Source of the DNA: Podarcis erhardii
Lineage: Eukaryota
Assembly: GCA_964252035.1 (NCBI GenBank)
Contig: OZ176208.1
DNA length: 64,000 bases
Strand: one strand, 5' to 3'
A program made the translations under genes and the position numbers. Under the pieces are notes generated by a model, which was given only the letters and a program-made list of their open reading frames with translations, did not search any database and was not told the DNA's origin. Every line of letters begins with the position of its first letter. Position 1 is the first letter of the stretch. Positions 23,936 to 36,827 of this stretch are shown one piece after another.

Positions 23936-26015
23936 TCCAGAATCATACTTTTTTCTCCTGTGGCAAGACATAAATGCTATAGACTCAAACGGATATTTAT
24001 CAGTCATTAGAAACCAGGAAGGGGGATATTGTTTTATTTTGATTTTCCATAATGAAGTCTTTCATAATATTAATTATGCTAGATGAGGATAAGATAGCAC
24101 ATACCTTTACATTTCAGTATCCAGCAGCACATGCAAACCTCTCCAGTTACTGGTAGAAAATTACTTGCTGAAAGTAGATCACTTATGGCTATAATAAAAT
24201 GCTTCGTTCATGCTCTTGTTCCTATTCTTGGATTTCTCAGAAGCTATCGTTTACTCCTGAAATTAAATTAAAATTCAAGGAACTTCCACATTTGAGTTTA
24301 CATTTTCAACAGTCCTGCAGTTTTATAATGAACTCCACCCGATTCTAGCTGTGGTGCCAAAAAATACAGAGTCTTTCTCTCCTTCTTCTTTACTAACACT
24401 TGAACACAGGCCTTTTGTTCTACTTTCCACAAGTTCCTAAAGGCCATGGCTCCCAGATTGTTTCTGGGCACAATTCCAAGGGCAGTTTTCAACCTATAAA
24501 TCCCTAAATGGTGGGACCATTGTATGCAAAGGGACACCTCCCATATGAACGTTCCCATCTGCTAACATAACCATCTGGGTCCCTGCTCCAGGAACTACCA
24601 TTTTCAGAAGTTAGGTGGGTGGCTACCAGATTCAGGGACTTTTCTGTGAATACAGATGACTTGTGTAAGCAGTAACTACAATCCAGAGCCAACTCTCAAA
24701 GCCCCTCTGAAAGATTTAATAAGCCAAAAGGAGCAGGCTGAATAAGCTGAAACATCAACAGACTGAATAAGCTGGAACCAATCCCACACCACACCACTGA
24801 CTCTGGCATTGTGCACTTCATCTGGAACTCAACAGTTGCAGAGTCAAGGGCACTGCAGAGTCAAGCAACATTCTCATCAAAATGTGTAGCCAGTTGATCA
24901 CAGTTCATTGAATGCTCCAGAATTCCCTCACCCACAGTGGGAGTCAGTAACCTCTGGGCTGTCCCAAAAATACTTTACGTTGCATTCCAAATTCCTTTTA
25001 TGTTTATCCAGTAACTTATCTGACTTTTCGGAAGTGATAAGAGTTTTGCTTTCATTAGGACTATAATGGAGTAGGAACCTCTGAAATATGTTTGCTCCAG
25101 GCCTCAGTTTTCATATATTTAACCTTGATCTCCATGGTTAATAGTCATTATACTGTAAAAGAAAAACGTAACCAACATTTTAACAGCACTTCAAACTGCT
25201 AATTCCCATAATGATAGTAAATCAAGACAGCAGAAGAATACATTCAGTACGTAAATAAAATATTGGGAAACTGGAGGGGTCGGGGAAGAGAGCATGAGAA
25301 GTGTCAATGTACATAGAGCTGGGCATCAGCATATTGGCTGGGAAATCAAACCCAGAGTGGGAGAACAGCTAAACTCAAAGAAATGAAAAGGACACACTGA
25401 ATAGTGACTGATGGAGAAAGAAGCAATTCAGAGCCTGGCATTTTAGAAAACATATTGACCTATCTTACAGCATTTTCAGAAAGCCCCATTGATTTAGTCA
25501 TCTTTTTATTCCTGCTTCCCTCCTATAGTTCTAAGACATGACAACAGTTCACCTGAGTTATTCTTATGATCAGACACCTTTTAGGTGTCTAGCAGTGTGT
25601 GTGTGTGTATCCTATCGAAGTACAGTATGGCGACCTAAGAGTTCTTTTGTACATTGCCCATGGCAGGCACCCATTGGGACTGATGCAGCAGAAGTCAGGC
25701 AGACCAATAGTTGTTGGAGCCAGAACCAATGACAGGCAGAGCCAAGTAAACTTGTTTTGTCCCCATCCTTTCCCCTGTTGATTTCTACCACGGGGCAGTG
25801 CTGAGACTGAGGAGGAAGGTGACATGTATAGCCATCGATTAAACAAGCTGAAGGTAAGAAGGCAAGCATTTTGGGCCAGGATGAAGGCAAACTGAGGTGT
25901 CCCATGTGTGCATATATGGCAGTCTCCACTGTTGCCTGCTTAAAGCATTAGAACATCTTGGCAAATCATCACCAGGTCTGAAAAGATGGGCAGATTCAGT
26001 CCTTGATTTCTTTTT

Positions 26016-26595
26016 AAGAACATAAGAAGAGCCTGCTGGATCAGGTCAATGGCCCACCTAATCCAACATCCTGTTCTCACAGTGGCCAACCAGATGCCTG
26101 TGAGAAACCTGCAAGCAGGTTGTGAGCACAAGAGACCCTCTCCTCCAGTGGTTCCAGCAGCTGGTATTCAGAAGCATTGCTGACTCCATCTGTGGAGGCA
26201 GAGCATAGCCATCACAGCTAGTAGCCTTTCCTCCATTAATTTGTCTAATCCTCTTTTAAAGCCATATAGAATGGTAGCAACCACTGCCTTCTGTGGAAGC
26301 AAGTTCCATGTTTTAACTATGCACCATGTGAAGAAGTACTTTCTTTTAACTCTCCAGAAACTTTCAACATTCAGCTTCATTGGGTGTTCATGAGTTCTAA
26401 AGTTGTTAGAGAGGGCAAAAAAATTCCTCTATCCACTTGCTCCATGCCACACACAATGTCATAAACTTCTTTCATGTCATCTCTTGCTTGCCTTTTCTCT
26501 AAACTAAAAAGTTCCAAACACAGTAGCCTTTCTTCATAGGGGAGTTACTCCATCCCTTGATCATTTTGGCTGCCCTTTTCTGAACCTTTTCTAGC
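26016..26595 (-). mobile_element. CR1 LINE 3' end, older subfamily
   Basis: Tail AAGAACATAAGAAGAGCC; minus ORF KRKYFFTWCIVKTWNLLPQKAVVATILYGFKRGLDKLME is a CR1 ORF2 C-terminus. Confidence 0.85.
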
Positions 26596-26844
26596 ATTTA
26601 CAAGTTCTCAGTAGGGCATGTGCTGTAAAGCTACTTCTGAAGTCTGTTCATGCAACACACACTTCCTCTTTGAAGCTCTTCTCAGGATAAACTTCTTCAA
26701 CAAAGCCTTTCCTGAGATGCCCTCTCTTTGTCTTCAGTATGCTTAAACTGCTTCAAAAGTGTTTACCATCGAAGCTCTTTCATTGCTCCTTGAATCTACT
26801 CATTTACTTAAAAGATGTGTATGAAAGACCATTCAACCAGAGTT

Positions 26845-27065
26845 TCCAAAAGAAGATCCTGATGGATGAGATCAAATAACTATTTGGTCCAACGTCATTC
26901 TCACAATGGTCAACCAGATAATTATGGAAAACCCACAAATTGAATCCAATGGCCCTCTGCCACTATTGTTCTCCAGGATCTGGTGATTCAGATTATACTG
27001 CCTCTGAACCTGCAGACTGAATATAATCATCATGATGATTAGCTATTGATAGCCTTAACCTCGGA
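26845..27065 (-). mobile_element. Degenerate CR1 3' UTR, same family as 26016
   Basis: AAGAAGATCCTGATGGATGAG...TTCTCACAATGGTCAACCAGA...TTGATAGCCTTAACCTC parallels 26020-26235. Confidence 0.6.
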
Positions 27066-29583
27066 TCTCCAGTGTGGAGCCCACTGCCACCATAGCACCT
27101 TCTGACCTCTCTCCTTAGTGCCCACCATAGTTTATTGTTCTTCCATTATTTTTTTAAACAAGATTCTTTTTTGTTTGGTGGGAGGGGTTAGCTTCCTTGA
27201 GAACATTGCCTGCTGTTTTTGGTCTGTGTTTTATCCATTTGGAGGGTGTGTTTGAGAATCACCAGTTTTTATTTTGTGAAAGGGTATTTTGTGGTATCCG
27301 GAACAGTTACTTAGGTTTCTCATTGTACCTCTGGGTCCAAAAAGTTTTGGGGTGCCCATCTAATCCCCCTAAAGGACATCTGTAGGAACATAATAAGAGT
27401 GCTGTTCAACTAGACCAAAGACCTATCTAGTCCAAAGAGTGATTTAATAAAATAATGTAGTGAAATTGAAAGAAATGATTACACCACAAACAAAATAATT
27501 GACAGATTCAAAGAAGCATTTTAAAAGGCCAGGACTCAAAAATTTTAAAGTTTTCCAGAATATAAAATATTTGCCTGGTGCTTAAAAGATAGCATGGTAG
27601 AAACCAAGAGAGCATCTCTGTAACACACCACATATTCATCTCCTGACTATCCAGGGTGCAAATGACAAATCCTTTTTGGGGTGGGAGGATGAATGCCTCA
27701 TTTTTGTTGAGTGCCTTTGGATAGTCAGAAGTATGGTTGACCAAAAAAGTAGAAGCACCTGCAATTCCTGTTTCTGTGCTTTTCCATCATGTATGAATAA
27801 ATTTTTCATATTCCGTTTCCTGCCCTACTTATTTTATCATGGGAGAAGATGGAAAAGTTTGATTTCAGATCTCAGTGAGAATTGGATACTGGCCTTTGCT
27901 GTTCCCATTTCTTATATCCAAGGCCACTTGTTCTGGGCAGATTTTAGGGAAGGAAGGGAGGGAGGGAGGGAGGAAAGAAAGGAGGGGCGATAAATAGTAA
28001 AAGAAAATTGTGGGTGATACCCAACTAACTCATTCTAGCAGCACTCAAATTTTTGCTTGCACGGTCAAATGTTCTCCATTCTTCTCCCTGCCCCAAAGTC
28101 CCCAGGTCTCTTCTGGGTTCTACCCGAGCCTTCTGGAGCAAATTTGGGGAGAGAGAAGAAACACACAGGGAAAGGAGAGGCAGGAAGGTTCCATTGCACA
28201 AGCAGAAATCTTTGCGCTGATGGAAAAAGTTAGCTGGATACCAATCCACAGTTGGAGCAAGTTAAATGGTAACTCATTCCAAGACTCTTCAAGAACATGA
28301 GTGAAATACATATTCAATGCAAGTCACAGCAAATGGCAGTATGAAGAAGACAGTGGTGCAGTGGTGACGGCCATTTCAAATGGTTTACGTATGAAAAAGA
28401 AGTCTCCAGAAAGGCCAATGTGAGGCATTACAAAGTCAGCTATCTAAACATAGCCTGTTTTCATAGTATGTGAAAGCAGTTGGCCCATGGTTAAAATAGA
28501 ATACTTAGTCAAGTGGCCCTGACAAAAAATAGAGACCAACTGCTAATTCCACTTGAGTCACTGTATTTTCATACACCACAAAAATGCCTCAGAACAGCTC
28601 CATGTTTAGCAAAGAAATGACTACTTTGAGAGTGATTTTGCAGTGTGTGGAAATAAGTAATCTCTCACAGACAGGAATGAAGATCATGCTACCATTAAAA
28701 AGTAAAAATACAGTAGCATAACAATTTGATCTTAAGTGCTATTATTTCCTGTTACTTCACTGGATTTCATTTATAAAAACTAAACTTGAATTATTCTACA
28801 TGAAGATAAAATATGCCTTTTTCATTGACACGTGCATGTGTATGCATGTTTAGTTTCAAAAATGTACTCCATTAGAATTCATATAATATTTTGTGGGCCT
28901 TTATCTGATGACTGGCACTCATTTCATTCCTTTTATGTTCTGCATCAAAAAGACAGAATTATTATTTTAAATAGGCAGCACATCTATTTGACTAAAAGTT
29001 AGGCAGCTTTTTATGGTTTTACAAGGTTCAGATAAAAAGTCAGTATGGTTTATTACTATTAGTGAATGATAATAGTACTTAGTTTGGCAAATAAGTTTCA
29101 CACCAAATTGGATGCACTTTAAAATGCCAAAGTTATGTATGTGCATGCAGATACATTTATTATCCTAATGAGCAAAGCTAGTAATATCAGTTATTCCTGA
29201 TTTCCATGATTTATAGGTTGTGAGGTATCTTAAACACATACTTTTAAGAGATGATAACAAACATTTAAATCATTTGAAGTATTGAGATATTAAAACATGA
29301 TTTTGAAACACATACATTTATGTAGAGTTGCCATACTCCAGTTTCTCTAAATACAGACAACCTAATTTGCTTTATATGCAAATTGCTTACTCCTTATGCA
29401 AATAAACCATATTAATTGTCTACCAGTTGCTTTGTGCTTGCTCCTGGAAACTTCCATGACCAGTTGAGGTAAAATAAGAGGAAACATATATTTACCTATC
29501 ATTTCACTCATATAGCATAGGAGTGATGTAACAGTGTTTATCCTGTGCCGTATTCAAATATGGGGTTTCTTGTGTTAGCTTTA

Positions 29584-29761
29584 GAGTGGTATCTCTGTTT
29601 ACGAACTTTATTCGTTCCAGAGGTCCATTCTTACGCTGAAACCGTTCTTATCCTGAGGCGCACTTTCACTGCATCCTGGGGCAAAGTTCACAACCAGGAG
29701 CAGCTACTTCCGGGTTAGCAGAGCTCGTAACCTGAAGCGTTCCTAACCGGAGGTACCACTG
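29584..29761 (-). mobile_element. Diverged, shortened Tigger-like MITE family A
   Basis: TA|GAGTGGTATCTC ... GAGGTACCACTG|TA with GTAACCTGAAG subterminal repeats. Confidence 0.8.
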
Positions 29762-31081
29762 TACTGGTTATAATGCTAGCACTCCTCTTCCAATTTCTAA
29801 CATTCCTTTTACACTGCAGGACCAGTTGCATTATGGAGTTATGGCCTTTTTTGTTAACATACCACTAGGCTGTGCTAATATTTAACCAGCAGGAAAGTAC
29901 TATATGCCAGGATACTGCCTCAACTTTTGTCATGTGAAATAACAACGCCCCACCCCTATTAAGAGCGGGGGGGGGGGGTGCATCCAGAGCTTAATATTAG
30001 TACATTCTTCCCACTGCTACCTCCCCGACCTCACCACCATCTGAAAACTTAGTACAGCTAAGAGAAGCTTCTACTTTCGAAAAGCTTCTTCAGAACAGTG
30101 AGGCCAGCAATGAATATGTAGCTTCTTTCTGTGCTCACAGAATTAGGGCTATTGACTTCTGAGCTACCCAATTATCTATTGTTAACAATAGTTAAGATGG
30201 AATTTTATACCAGGAGTAATTGCAATATAGACATCACCTCAGCAAACAGTGCACGTTCCTGTGTAAACGTTAGGTAAATGACAAAATCTCTCCTGAGAAT
30301 AAACCAGTAATGGACAATGTTAATGATATTATATGGTATGTTTGTACTTAAGCCTTGTTGCCTTTCTCTTTTCAAAGAATAATCCAAGCTTCTCTCAAAC
30401 CTCAAGAAGTCTAGTGAAATCACATGGTTTTCTGTGGAAAAGTATTTTAGTATAAAGAGGATAAATGGCAACTTAATTATAAGTTAATCTCAGTTTTTAT
30501 TCAAAGTGCTGTGAAGTCAGCAGTGACAGCACCACTAAATCTGTTCAGAAGCAGATGTTAATTTATTTTTTAATTGACACAATATTTCCTCATTTTATCA
30601 CTCCACATTTCAAGTCTTTCAAAAGAAATCAGAGTTGATCACAAAATAGTCTTGTTAGCTATCCAAAGGCTCAGCAGCAAAAGATGCTTTTGAAGGGCTA
30701 CCCTTGCTGAGAAGCTTTGGTTGGTGCAGAATGTTTGTCCTGCCTTCTGACAGGCAATTTCGAACAACCTTGGCCTAGCATATCTTAAAAAGATGCCTCT
30801 ATCCTTATATCTTATCACAACTTGGAAAAGTGACCAGAAATACTGCAGTAAGTGAACCTAGTCAAAACCACAAGAACGTAAAACAGGCATTCTTCTTCGT
30901 TAGCTGCTCCTCACCTGCTCAATTCCTTTCCTCTAGGAACTTGCCAAAACCCAGGTGCAGGCATCTTCTGGATGTGGTGCAAATGCTTTTGGTTCAGTCT
31001 GGCCTTTTGTGAACATGGAATGTACAAGATGGGGTATATGAAGGGAGCAATTGCAGCTGGAGGTTTGATGAACATATTAGG

Positions 31082-31179
31082 TTGGATCCATACTCAGGGT
31101 AGGTCAATGGGACTTGAGTTAATCATGGCTAAATAATGTCCCATTGATTTTACTGGGGCTTTTCTAAGTATGGATCCAA
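31082..31179. repeat. Short palindromic repeat (old MITE-like)
   Basis: Perfect 13-bp outer IR TTGGATCCATACT/AGTATGGATCCAA and 10-bp inner IR TCAATGGGAC/GTCCCATTGA. Confidence 0.7.
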
Positions 31180-31234
31180 GCTGTTGTTGCCTATAGTTGC
31201 TATATGTGATCTGAAGAAGCAGGCTCTCATGTCC

Positions 31235-32316
31235 TGTTGTGGTAATCTAACTGGCTACTGTAGGAATGGCATTCCTGCCATTAGTAGGAATGGATTTGCT
31301 TCACCCACCCACTTACCTGAAAGACACTCTGAATTACCCCAAGGAAAGAGGGGACATGGCAACCTGAGGCAAAGTGACCAATCACAGGGGAGCAGCACTG
31401 GCCAATTTAGGGACCCTTTCCCCCCTCCTTGCCCTCTTTCTGTTCCGCAGTGCCCTCCTTTTACATTGTGGGTTTCTGCCTGCTGCTTTTCTTGGGGCCA
31501 ATTAGGATTCTTGTTTTTTTGGGTGGGAATCTTCTTATCCAGAACTCTCCCTTTTTTCACCTACCTCACACTGTTCAGTTTAGTGTGCCTGTTCCTTTCA
31601 TGAGTCTCATCAGACTGGCAATGTTTCCATTGTCTGATTTGGTGAATCTAGTATAACTGGCATTTCCTTGCATAACTGGAGAATTGAGATATGACGGGTG
31701 TGAGATCTGTTGCCTTGTCTAAATGGCGATGGGCTGCTTATTTAAAGTATTGGCCTGACTGGCAATTGTTTACTTCTGAATGTGGTCACTTTGGCCTCAT
31801 TGGTGTTTAGTGTAGGCAGATGAGCAAATCAAGATATAATTCTATTTCCCCCTTAGGCATTATAGGGTTGTGGGCATGTGAGAGTCATCACCTATAGTTT
31901 CAGGCTAGGAGTGGGCCTTCAGAGTGTCCACAGGAATAGACAGGGATACTTGGCTGTGTGGTCATGATGTATATGCTCAGCCATCACACCCCAGTGCTCA
32001 CCTAACAATGTGTGGGGGGGAGTATACCCAATCCTTGAACAGGAAGTCGCTGAGTCCAGTGGCTGACATGCCCACAAAATTATAAAAGGGGTGGTCTCCT
32101 CTATACAAAGAATAAACTCACTTGCCCATACTTATTAATTGACACTTTGTTTGCAGACCTTATACTTCAATAAATATAGCAATTCTACCAAGATGCTTGC
32201 TCTCAAGTCTTCTTCAGAGTTGTGGGGAAAACTGTGTGATTGCAAGGAAACAGGATAGGCCTTTGGTCTAAGCTAGCTTCGCTCTTTTTCACTTCTTATC
32301 CTCAGTCTTAGAGACA
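31235..32316 (+). mobile_element. Possible solo LTR
   Basis: Order CCAAT (32028), TATAAAA (32081), AATAAA (32111, 32169), pyrimidine-rich segment, then ...GACA. No TSD found and the left boundary is uncertain. Confidence 0.35.
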
Positions 32317-33733
32317 GTGTAACCAATACATTAAATCCAGGAATGAATGAAATAGGAAAACCTTGTGTGTAGTTTGGATCGGGCATTCTAATTCACATGT
32401 GCATATAAACTATGTACTGCTGTATCTAATGTTTTGTTGCAAATTTAACTTTTGCAACAGAATACACCGTATAGAAAGAGCCCGTCCCAATACAATGAAA
32501 TGTCTTCTTAGAACCTGTGCAATACTTAAATCACTATACTTAAATCACTATAACCATATGCCAAATGTAATTGACACTGACATTTCTTTGTGTCAACTTT
32601 TACTTTTAACCACACACTGAACTTCTTTAATGGAAATTACCCATATGCCATGCTATGTGTGCTTGACTTATTCTGCATTTGCTTAATGGCTTTATTGCAG
32701 AAAAGGGGGGCGGATAGGGGCAAAGCAGCTGAACATTCTAATAAAAAAGTGTGGGTCTGGGTGGGTTTGTGCTCAAGGAAAAAAAGCACTCAGTAACAAA
32801 AAATGTTAAATATTTTAAAATTATGAAGTCATACCAAGTGGGCTTAGAGTGATTCAGCCTAGAATTTATTTATGTCAAATTCAATTACCTTGTGTTAAGA
32901 ATTTTTAAAAAGAATTTCCAGCTCAGTACGTGAAAGGTCAGTACATTCACATAACCAAGCAGATGTAGACTAGAGAGTGAGCAAATGTATAGTACACTTA
33001 AGATCATACAAATATTCTTTTAAAAGTAATAGTATAAAAACTTTTATACATTGAACCCAGTACAATATTTGTCCTTCAGTTGTGGAATAGAATATTTTGG
33101 AAGAAGGAGTGTTTTTTACTCTTGTAGATTGGGTGGGAATATGTTCCCTCACTTCAATGGCATCACAGAGTTGATTGGGTTTTTCTTCTTCTCTTTTAAC
33201 TATGGCTTGATATCAATCAGCCTCAAAATCCCCAAGGTCGCTAAATTTGTACTGAATTGACATTGAAAAGTAGGGCCACAAAGAGTCTCAGTGTATTGTT
33301 TATGACCTTGTTTCTCTTTTCACTAAATCACAAAAATGGCCAGTTGCACAGAGGGGGAAACAGTCCAAGTCTTTCATTTTAACTAATGGGTCTTTAATAA
33401 AGCTACAGTGTGAATACATATAGTCAACATCTTTCATAAAGTGTAGATGCAATGCACTACCTCTGATAGGGGCTAGGCAAATGAATTTGGTTATTGCTGC
33501 TTGGAAGTTTCATTCCCTCTAATTAAAGATGTGACAAGGAGCACCACAGTGACTGTTTCAGGAGTGATCTATACCTGGTTCTTTTAGCTTTGAAATGTTG
33601 CCAAAGGAACTTTGGGTACACAGCATGCATATGTTTGCATAGAAATAGAAACAGGACGCAGGACCCATTCCATCAGCTCCACAGAGAGACCCGCTCTATC
33701 AGGCACTTCTTCTCAACTCTGATCTAACAGCTG

Positions 33734-34268
33734 CAGGGTGTAGTGTGGGTTGTCAGTGCCCGGGATGGGGCAAGTGTTGTGCCCCCCTGGTGGACTGGGC
33801 AACGGTCAGTCTCTTTGTCAGCCAGCATCTAACCAAGGGAGTCTATCCTTGCAAACTATCTCCAACCTGTGAGTTGTGCAGAGAGGTTCGAAGTCAAGAG
33901 TGTCTCTGTGTCATCTTACCCTCCTGTCCTTGCAGCGAGGTGCTCTGGGCAATGCACATAGCTCTGGCGGTGCTTTCTTGCCTTCCTTTTCCTCCCTTCC
34001 TCCTTGGTGGGCAGCACCACCGCCCTCCCTCTCCCTTCCTCTTGGCCGGCCTAAGGGTAAGCCATGCCTGGGCATCCCTTTGCTGGCCACAAGGAGAAGG
34101 AGGCTCTACTGCTAACCCCGTCCCAAAGGTCTGGCCTGTGGACAGCTTGCTTTCCCATGACTTCAGCCTCAATGAGTGAGCTTGTTGCGGGAGTGCCGGG
34201 TTGCACCCTCTCATATATTTTCACCTAGGGCTATGGCCCCATTGCCCCCCCCCGACAATATGTCACTG
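33734..34268. mobile_element. GC-rich non-autonomous hAT (Tip100-like) element
   Basis: Perfect 8-bp TSD AACAGCTG (33726-33733 and 34269-34276); CpG-decayed TIRs CAGGGTGTAG / ATGTCACTG. Confidence 0.85.
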
Positions 34269-35631
34269 AACAGCTGCCATTCCAGAGCTGCCTTCAGGTG
34301 GCACTTTATTCCATTTCCCTGCCATTCCCTTACCTGATATTTATTTGCATTTTATGTGATATTTCGCGCAACGTAAAAAACCACTTGCAGAATCTAGTGG
34401 AAGTTTAATGCTCATTTCTATGTTAATGGCTTCTGGGGGGGGGGGAAATCTGTTTGTCGCCCTGAAAATTGCAGGGTGCCATTTGGGGCTCTGTGCTGGC
34501 GTACTGTTATTTGCTGCCATTTTCATGGGTGAATCATGGAGGAACTGAAACACTCATGGACATAAAGAGTGGGGATGGCACCATGTCCAATGAAATTGAG
34601 TGCTGCATGGCAGTATGTCATTCAAAAAGTGTTCATTCCATAATGCAACAGGCAATGCAGTGTAAAAGGAAGATTATAATGTGGGACAGAAATGCTAGCA
34701 TTATAACCAGGAAAACTAATTCAGTAATCCTCTGAATGCAGCCCAAGTGGCCACAGCAGTGTGAGAGATGGGAACTAAAGTCCACTCCATCCTCTGAGAG
34801 GCCACTTCTTTTTGGTTCTCCATCAACTGTTTCAACTCAAGCTGACTGTTGTAAGAACTGCTGTACACTGCTTTTTTGAGAGACACGCTCAGAAGGCCTT
34901 AGGATAACAGGCCAGGTGAGACATATAAAAGAGAAGGCTTCCATTTTTGGATGCAAAGCCTGAGGTCTGCTAAACTGCAAAAAGGCCTGGGCAAGAATCA
35001 GGGCATTGTTCAGTTAAGATGTTTACATTTCTCTTACAAGGCAAAGATTGCTGCTTTGTACATCATAATAAATAATTGTTGAGTTTGAAGAATCTGGAGT
35101 GCCCTGATGTTTCCCATATACAAAAAAGCAAACTTTTCTAACTTTAAGAACTCATGTGTGAGAACATTACCAGCTCAAAGCACAACTAGGTCATTCTGTT
35201 TCTCAATTTTGTTTGGAGCTTGTTTGGGGAAATGCACATCAAAATGCATTATTTCACAAGCAATGACAAGATACAGGATTGATCTGGATTGTGGCCAATC
35301 TCATGTGTGCATCACTTCCCACCCACCAGTGGGTACATAGTAGATGCTGAGTAAACAGCAGTGCAGATACAACCCTTGTGGCTTTGCTTACTTTTCTTAT
35401 CCCTCCCCATCCCTCTTTCCTTTTGTGGCCTATCTTTTAGATTACAAGCCTGCAAGCTAATGTTGCCTCATTTGCTATTGATTTCTTGTAAGTCCTTTGG
35501 AAACATTTTCTTCAAATAAGTAAGCGATTTCTTTTAAAAACCCATAATGCGATGTGCAATTTTTAACATATAAAAAAGGGTTGTTGAATGATTCACATTC
35601 CAGGAACAAAAGGAAAGAAAATAGCTGGAAT

Positions 35632-36827
35632 CAGCAGTACTGACTTGGGACCCAGACTGTGAGTGGCCAGCCCGGCACAGCGGCATGCTGAACTACCATC
35701 AATGGTGATGTGACGTGATGGCATCATGTGATGTCATGACAGTGCAGCATGGGGCATGCGGACGCTCAGCGCCACAGCAGCCATTGGGCCAGAGCCTGTA
35801 CCTTCTCTGCAGGGCCTCTGTTGGGGCCCACTCTGCCCACAGATGCACCCTGGAAGCACATCCATGGCTGCAGCAGGCCTCAACAGAGGTCCTGTGGCAG
35901 AGACGCAAAAAAAATGAGAGGCACAAATACAAGATGGGTGACACCTGGCTTGAGAGCAGTACATGTGAAAGGGATCTAGGAGTCTAGGTTGACCACAAAC
36001 TTGACATGAGCCAACAGTGTGACGCAGCAGCTAAAAAAGCCAATGCAATTCTGGGCTGCATCAATAGGAGTATTGCATCTAGATCAAGGGAAGTAATAGT
36101 GCCACTGTATTCTGCTCTGGTCAGACCTCACCTGGAGTACTGTGTCCAGTTCTGGGCACCACAGTTCAAGAAGGACACTGACAAACTGGAATGTGTCCAG
36201 AGGAGGGCAACCAAAATGGTCAAAGGCCTGGAAACGATGCCTTATGAAGAACGGCTAAGGGAGCTGGGCATGTTTAGCTTGGAGAAGAGGAGGTTAAGGG
36301 GTGATATGATAGCCATGTTCAAATATATAAAAGGATGTCACATAGAGGAGGGAGAAAGGTTGTTTTCTGCTGCTCCAGAGAAGTGGACACGGAGCAATGG
36401 TTCCAAACTACAAGAAAAAAGATTCCACCTAAACATTAGGAAGAACTTCCTGACAGTAAGAGCTGTTCGACAGTGGAATTTGCTGCCAAGGAGTGTGGTG
36501 GAGTCTCCTTCTTTGGAGGTCTTTAAGCAGAGGCTTGACCACCATATGTCAGGAGTGCTCTGGTGGTGTTTCCTGCTTGGCAGGGGGTTGGACTCGATGG
36601 CCCTTGTGGTCTCTTCCAACTCTATGATTCTATGATTCTATGATTCTATGAAACTCCCTGGCCCAGTTGCTGTGTCAGTGCCAGAGTTAAGGTAGCGGCC
36701 AGTGGTGTGCAGCCGTGGTGGTGGCAGTCAGCGCTCAGCAGCAGGGTGGGGATGAAGACTGGGCACCCACACAAAAAAAAAAATGTGGGTGCCTAGGCCT
36801 CTGGGGTCCCTGGAGTTGGCGCCACTG
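35632..36827. mobile_element. Old hAT (Tip100-like) element hosting a young CR1
   Basis: TIRs CAGCAGTACTGACTTGGGACCC versus (rc) CAGTGGCGCCAACTCCAGGGACCC differ by transitions plus a 2-nt indel; flanks GCTGGAAT / ACTGGAAC form a degenerate 8-bp TSD. Confidence 0.65.
35905..36650 (+). mobile_element. Young CR1 LINE, 5'-truncated (~745 bp)
   Basis: RT C-terminus [40 protein letters not shown]...[13 protein letters not shown]; (ATTCTATG)n tail; one premature TAG (35985); native TGA mutated to TGG. Confidence 0.95.

Noticed and set aside
1324-29761. Dispersed CAGTGGTACCTC repeats as a CRISPR-like or regularly spaced array
   Set aside because: Irregular spacing, paired as TIRs with TA duplications; eukaryotic MITEs.
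36006-36635. 209-aa ORF as a host gene
   Set aside because: It is the C-terminus of a 5'-truncated CR1 reverse transcriptase with a mutated stop codon.
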